Source: the human T2T-CHM13v2.0 reference genome, Homo sapiens. From it: DNA of 64,000 nucleotides. Location of the stretch: the NCBI RefSeq assembly GCF_009914755.1, contig NC_060927.1; one strand, written 5' to 3'. The notes beneath the pieces were generated by a model, which ran no database searches, was not told the origin of the DNA, and worked only from the letters and a program-made list of their open reading frames with translations. Position numbers and translations under genes: made by a program. This document shows positions 58,361-64,000 of the stretch, in pieces. The number at the start of each line of letters is the position of its first letter. Positions within the stretch are counted from its first letter, which is position 1.

Positions 58361-61289
58361 CTATATACACATACTAGGTAGGATGGTTTATTTTTAAGAT
58401 TAATATTTTATTTCCACTCCTTTTATGAGCCAATGAATTATTTTATGTGAGTTCATGAGGTTTTTTAATAAAATAAATAGAAATTAAAAGCTTGTTTTTC
58501 ATCTGTATATTCATTATTGTTAATTTCATGAGAATGACATTTGTTTTTATTCTTGGAAGTCTTCAACAGGAAGAACTATATTTTTTCTTTTCACTGTGCT
58601 CTGTTACAGGGTGTTTTAAAGTGATGTACCTTGCAGTGAGCGGAGATCGCGCCATTGCACTCCAGCCCATCTCAAAAAAAAAAAACAGAGTCTGAAAAGT
58701 CAATGTGTTTAGATCTATGAAATTACTTTCCACGTAATTTGCTAATTGTAAAAAAAAAAATTCCAGACTTATAAAACATTAATGGCTAATCTTTTGGGAA
58801 ATGTTAATCCTAGAATTAAAATAAGGAACAATAGATATAAATTGGAAGAAGATAATCAGAATTAAAATTTTCTAAGGTCCTTGTATTCTTAAGGTTCAAA
58901 GTAAAAATAAATGATTAACTGATGACTGTTAAGAATGCTTGTCAAAATAAGGTAGCCACTAAAAGAATAGACAATAGAGTGTATACCTTTGAAGGAGATA
59001 AAATGAATTCAATCTCAAGGCAAGAAATGAGGAAAAGGTAAATACAAAACATAAAAAATTGATGAGAAATAAATGCAAATATGTATATAATTAGTGACAA
59101 AAAGATTAAAAAGCAAACATTGTCAGTTCAAATTTTTAAAAAATCTAGCACTATACTGTTTCCAAAAGTCATATTCAAAAGACATTAAAAGGTTGACAGA
59201 TGATGGAAAAGATACAATGGCAAATATTAGCCATAAGAAAGTTAGTATATCTATATTATAATAAAACATTTAAGGCAAAAAGTGACTACTAGATTATAAA
59301 GGGGGACCCTGCTAAAAAAAGATTTGATTGATCAGGAAGATACATCAATTCTAAGCCAATTATACCTAATAACGTAGCATTAAAATATATGAAGCGATAT
59401 TTGAGAGAAGAGACTTCTGGTTCTAAACAAATGGAGCATACATATTTTTTCTTATTCTTCCCACTAAGTACAGCTAAAAACTCTGGAAATAATTCTTAAA
59501 CATTAGAGAAGAGAAAAAGACTAGCTAGGGACTTTGGTACTTGAAGAATGTTATGGTGTGAAAGGAGTGGAAATAAAATATTAATCTGAAAAATATACAA
59601 CATGTTACATTGTGTATATAGTCTTAAAATGGTTTATAGACTATCATAAACTGATACATACAAATATGATTGTGGGATATAGACATTAATAATCCTTTTT
59701 CTATGGTGCATAGAGTTAATTTTTAAGAAAAAAACGACTTTTCATAATACTCCAGCCTCAAATTTTGCCTCACCAGAATCAGTGTGTTTTCAAGAACTGG
59801 AACTTTCTCAGGTTGTTTTCATTTTTTAAAATGATCGACTTTACTATTTGATTACATTTATTATGGAAAATGTAAATATGCAGAAGAATGCTAAAATAGA
59901 AAGTACCCATTATCCCATCATCCCCCAAACAACAAAAGATAATGTGTATTCATTTCTAGTCCTTTTATGTGGATATATAGAATTTTAAAAACAAAATACT
60001 GTAAAATTATATCCTGATTTTTCACATTTTGGAGTAACCATTTCTTGAGGACAATATTCTTTGAAAACATGATCTTCAGTTTCATTGTTTACATCAGAGT
60101 CTAATTATAGCTGTACCATACTTTACCTCCAAATATTTGGTATTTCAGATTGTTTTAAATTTTTGCTATTGTAAATTTGTATGAATATAATTTTTATACA
60201 TAACTGTATTGCTGATAATTTGTTTAAGATAAATTATGGGAACAGAGTTACCAATTCAAAGAGTATAGCTATTTTTAAATTTTTGATACATTTTACTAAA
60301 TTACAGAAAGATTGTACTTATTTATAGTCATACCAATGAATGTCCCGGAAATGTCCATTTTTTTCATATCCCTTGCCCAAAGAGAATGGTGGAGGTTACC
60401 TCTCAAACTTTTATTATTACAAATTTTAATAGAGGTAAAATATTACCTCCTTATCTTAATTTTGCACTTTTTCTCTGATAATTAATGAAGTATGATCTTT
60501 TTCCATATGTTTACAGCTGATTTGCTTTGCTTTTCTGTATATTTTAAGCAGCGTAGGTCTTGTAGGAGCTTCCAATGTAAGCCATTACTTGTCATATCAT
60601 TAGTTCTTCCTAAATGAGCAAGACATGAAACTACATGTATTTATCACATTATTTCAAGTTAAGTATCCCAATGTGACTGAAATTATAATCTTTTCTCCTG
60701 GGCAGCCATGTTATTTTAATGTCTTGTAATCTAACAAAATTGGCTCTTATTCTTCACGTAATAAAGAGGTTTTGAATATTCCATGAACCCTATATGTGAT
60801 ATGATAAGTGAAGAGTAAGTTTAAGATCTTATTTGCATTTTCTGTCAGGGTCTTCAAAACTCTATTAACTGCATATTCATGCTCCTTGTAGCAATCACTG
60901 TCTGTAGCCATGGCAATGCTGGTATAGTAAATTCCAGCTTATTACCTCTAGAATTCCACCTCTGGAATTGTAGTCGTATAATATCCACCCCTTCAGTATA
61001 GAACAAGAATATTTCTGCTCAGGAGCTAAAACAGAGGCCTACATTTGTGTCCGTTGTCCCCTTTGAGTGACATCACAGTCCTAGCTTCTTGGCAGTTGCA
61101 GAGAACCTCTTTAGTTTGGGGGCAGCTTGGTTTAGGCTTTGGAATATGGCACAGGAATGACTCCTGTCATAGAAGATCTGAGAACTTGTGATTGTCCTGT
61201 CAATGAAGTGATCAATAATGATATCACCAGGCTGAAATTTCTTCTTTTACATATGTATAGGAATCTCCTCCTTCAAAGCCCAGATGTTT

Positions 61290-61735
61290 GCTTGGGTGGT
61301 GACCAAGAGACTACACCTGGCTGGCCAACTACAGGGGATTTAGTTGATAGAGGGGTTGGCTGGCTGTGGTCTGATCCATCTGTGCATTTTCTCTGAGAAT
61401 GGTCTTCCCATGGGCCGCTCCCAGTCAGTGACTAAGTCCTGCAGGGATAGGTCTGTTCCTGAGAGTTGTTGGACTCTGACATCTGACTTTGGCTCAAGAA
61501 CTCCCCAGTGGCCTTGCCAAAATTTCTGGAGAGTGAAAGGCAGTATAGGATGCTTTCACCAACTCTTCCTTCCCTCTCTCTTTCACTCGGGATCAAACTT
61601 GTATGACTGACTGGTGGCCCTCTCAACCTTACCTAGCTACCTCCATTTTCTCTCTCAGGTGTTTCTCCTAATAAAATCTTTGATCATTTAATCCTTTCTT
61701 GGCATCTGCTTCTCAGAGAAACCAGACTAATGCAA
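61290..61735 (+). mobile_element. Old ERVL-type LTR remnant
   Basis: 3' end CTAATAAAATCTT...TCTTGGCATCTGCTTCTCAGAGAAACCAGACTAATGCA; 5' boundary uncertain. Confidence 0.45.
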
Positions 61736-62149
61736 GTTAGTAGTTGACTTCGAAAAACAAAATGGTTTTCTGCCTCGCATACTTTGCAAGAAGAATGTAA
61801 TCAACATTTTATATTTTCTCTAAAATTAAGGCACTGGATAGCTTGCCATATGGATGGCCACATATTTTTCAGTTCTTTCTCTAACGTTTCTGGATCATCC
61901 AGGCCCATTCTACCAATTATTTTAATCCAGGGTCATGGTAAGTAACATCTAAGTTACATACAAGAGACAGGAGAGGGTCTTTACCATGCATATGGAGGCT
62001 GACACTGGGAGAAGGCTGTGGTCAGAGCACAGGGAAAAATGTGCAAAAAAGTAGACAGCAGTTCAAAATGCAGTGTGGAGGTGAGAAAGGCAGAGTCTAA
62101 AGGAGCAAGCTTCTTATGCCCTGGAATAGTTGGATTGTTTGATTGTATT

Positions 62150-62820
<671 letters not shown>

Positions 62821-62974
62821 TCATCATTTTAAATATTCTTCTGTATCATCAATTTTTAAAATATTTTCCCACAATACTTTTGCTCACCATCCACTTTTTG
62901 TACCCCAGACCGTCCATCTGAGATCTTTTTTTTTTCCTTCCTGAACTATATTTGTTTTTTGTTTTCTTGAGAGT

Positions 62975-63163
62975 CCCAGCCTCTGGAGTAGCTGGGACTA
63001 CAGGGAAGTGCCACCATGCCTGGCTAATTTTTTAGGCATTTTTGTAGAGGCAAGGTCTCACTATGTTGCCCAAGCTGGTCTCGAACTCCTGGACTCAAGC
63101 AGTACTCCTACCTCAGCCTCCCATAGTGCTGGGACTACAGGCGTGAGCCACTGTGTCTGGCCT
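62975..63163 (-). mobile_element. Partial AluJ-like SINE
   Basis: GTAGAGGCAAGGTCTCACTATGTTGCCC...GGACTCAAGCAG. Confidence 0.8.
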
Positions 63164-63194
63164 GAACTATATTCTTTGGAAGTTCATTGAGAAA

Positions 63195-63707
63195 GGGTAT
63201 ATACCTAAAGGATTATAAAACATGCTGCTATAAAGACATATGCACACGTATGTTTATCACGGCACTATTCACAATAGCAAAGACTTGGAACCAACCCAAA
63301 TGTCCAACAACGATAGACTGGATTAAGAAAATGTGGCACATATACAGCATGGAATACTATGCAGCCATAAAAAATGATGAGTTCATGTCCTTTGTAGGGA
63401 CATGAATGAAGCTGGAAACTATCATTCTCAGCAAACTATCGCAAGGACAAAAAACCAAACACAGCATGTTCTTACTCATAGGTGGGAATTGAACAATGAG
63501 AACACATGGACACAGGAAGGGGAACATCACACACCGGGGCCTGTTGTGGGGTGGGGGGAGGGGGAGAGGGATAGCATTAGGAGATATACCTAATGTTAAA
63601 CGACGAGTTAATGGGTGCAGCACACCAACATGGCACATGTATACATATGTAACAAACCTGCATATTGTGCACACGTACCCTAAAACTTAAAGTATAATAA
63701 AAAAAAA
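63195..63707 (+). mobile_element. Young L1PA 3' end (ORF2 C-terminus + 3' UTR)
   Basis: CTRMFITALFTIAKTWNQPKCPTTIDWIKKMWHIYSMEYYAAIKNDEFMSFVGT; G-rich tract; TAAAACTTAAAGTATAATAAAAAA end. Confidence 0.95.
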
Positions 63708-63962
63708 GACTATTTTCACAGTTAAATTGAACCAGGTTTGAAGTGGAGATTATCTGAAATTGTTGTTATTTAACCCACTAATTGAGCAAAACTGTTGGTA
63801 ATGGAATTGTAATTTTACAATTGTTTTCTCCCAAATAATACTAAATAGAGTACTTCCTTGGTGTTTAGATTTCACTGTTGCTCATGAAAAAATATGCAAC
63901 CAGTATGATGGTGTTCCTCCTTAGAGGATTTATCTTTTTATTTCTGGCAGCTTTGCTGATAC

Positions 63963-64000
63963 TTTTTTTTTTTTTTTTTTTTTGAGATAGAGTCTCGCAA
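63963..64000 (-). mobile_element. Alu tail, truncated by the window edge
   Basis: Poly(T) followed by GAGATAGAGTCTCGC. Confidence 0.8.

Noticed and set aside
63187-63405. ORF similar to a reverse-transcriptase protein C-terminus
   Set aside because: 3' tip of a 5'-truncated L1PA ORF2; no promoter, endonuclease or RT domain, so non-functional

Overview
This window is primate (human-like) genomic DNA containing the complete MLF1 gene (myeloid leukemia factor 1) on the + strand. A CpG-island promoter lies at ~22.0-22.56 kb. The canonical coding exons are 22415-22461, 43544-43691, 47968-48051, 49186-49314, 51119-51278, 53911-54043 and 56201-56306. They join with GT-AG boundaries into 807 nt (268 aa + stop; MFRMLNSSFEDDPFFSESILAHRENMRQ...GSSVKSNKK). 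A 45-nt in-frame cassette exon lies at 44488-44532. The first 22 kb is repeat-rich and carries no credible coding gene: an LTR12 inserted in an Alu, two rearranged THE1/MST MaLR proviruses, MLT1, L1, L2, MIR and many Alus. The most notable observations are (1) an exonised, sense-strand L1 ORF1p C-terminal fragment in intron 1 that is in frame with MLF1, (2) a near-perfect 44-bp inverted repeat at 8953-9054, (3) a 1.4-kb G-rich, strand-biased VNTR just downstream of exon 1, in the intron broken in NPM1-MLF1 fusions, (4) candidate frame-shifting exons in intron 1, and (5) an AATAAA overlapping the stop codon. I found no evidence for a wholly new multi-gene system. Almost all listed ORFs are repeat-derived noise. 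Repeat subfamily names and repeat boundaries are by eye and approximate.
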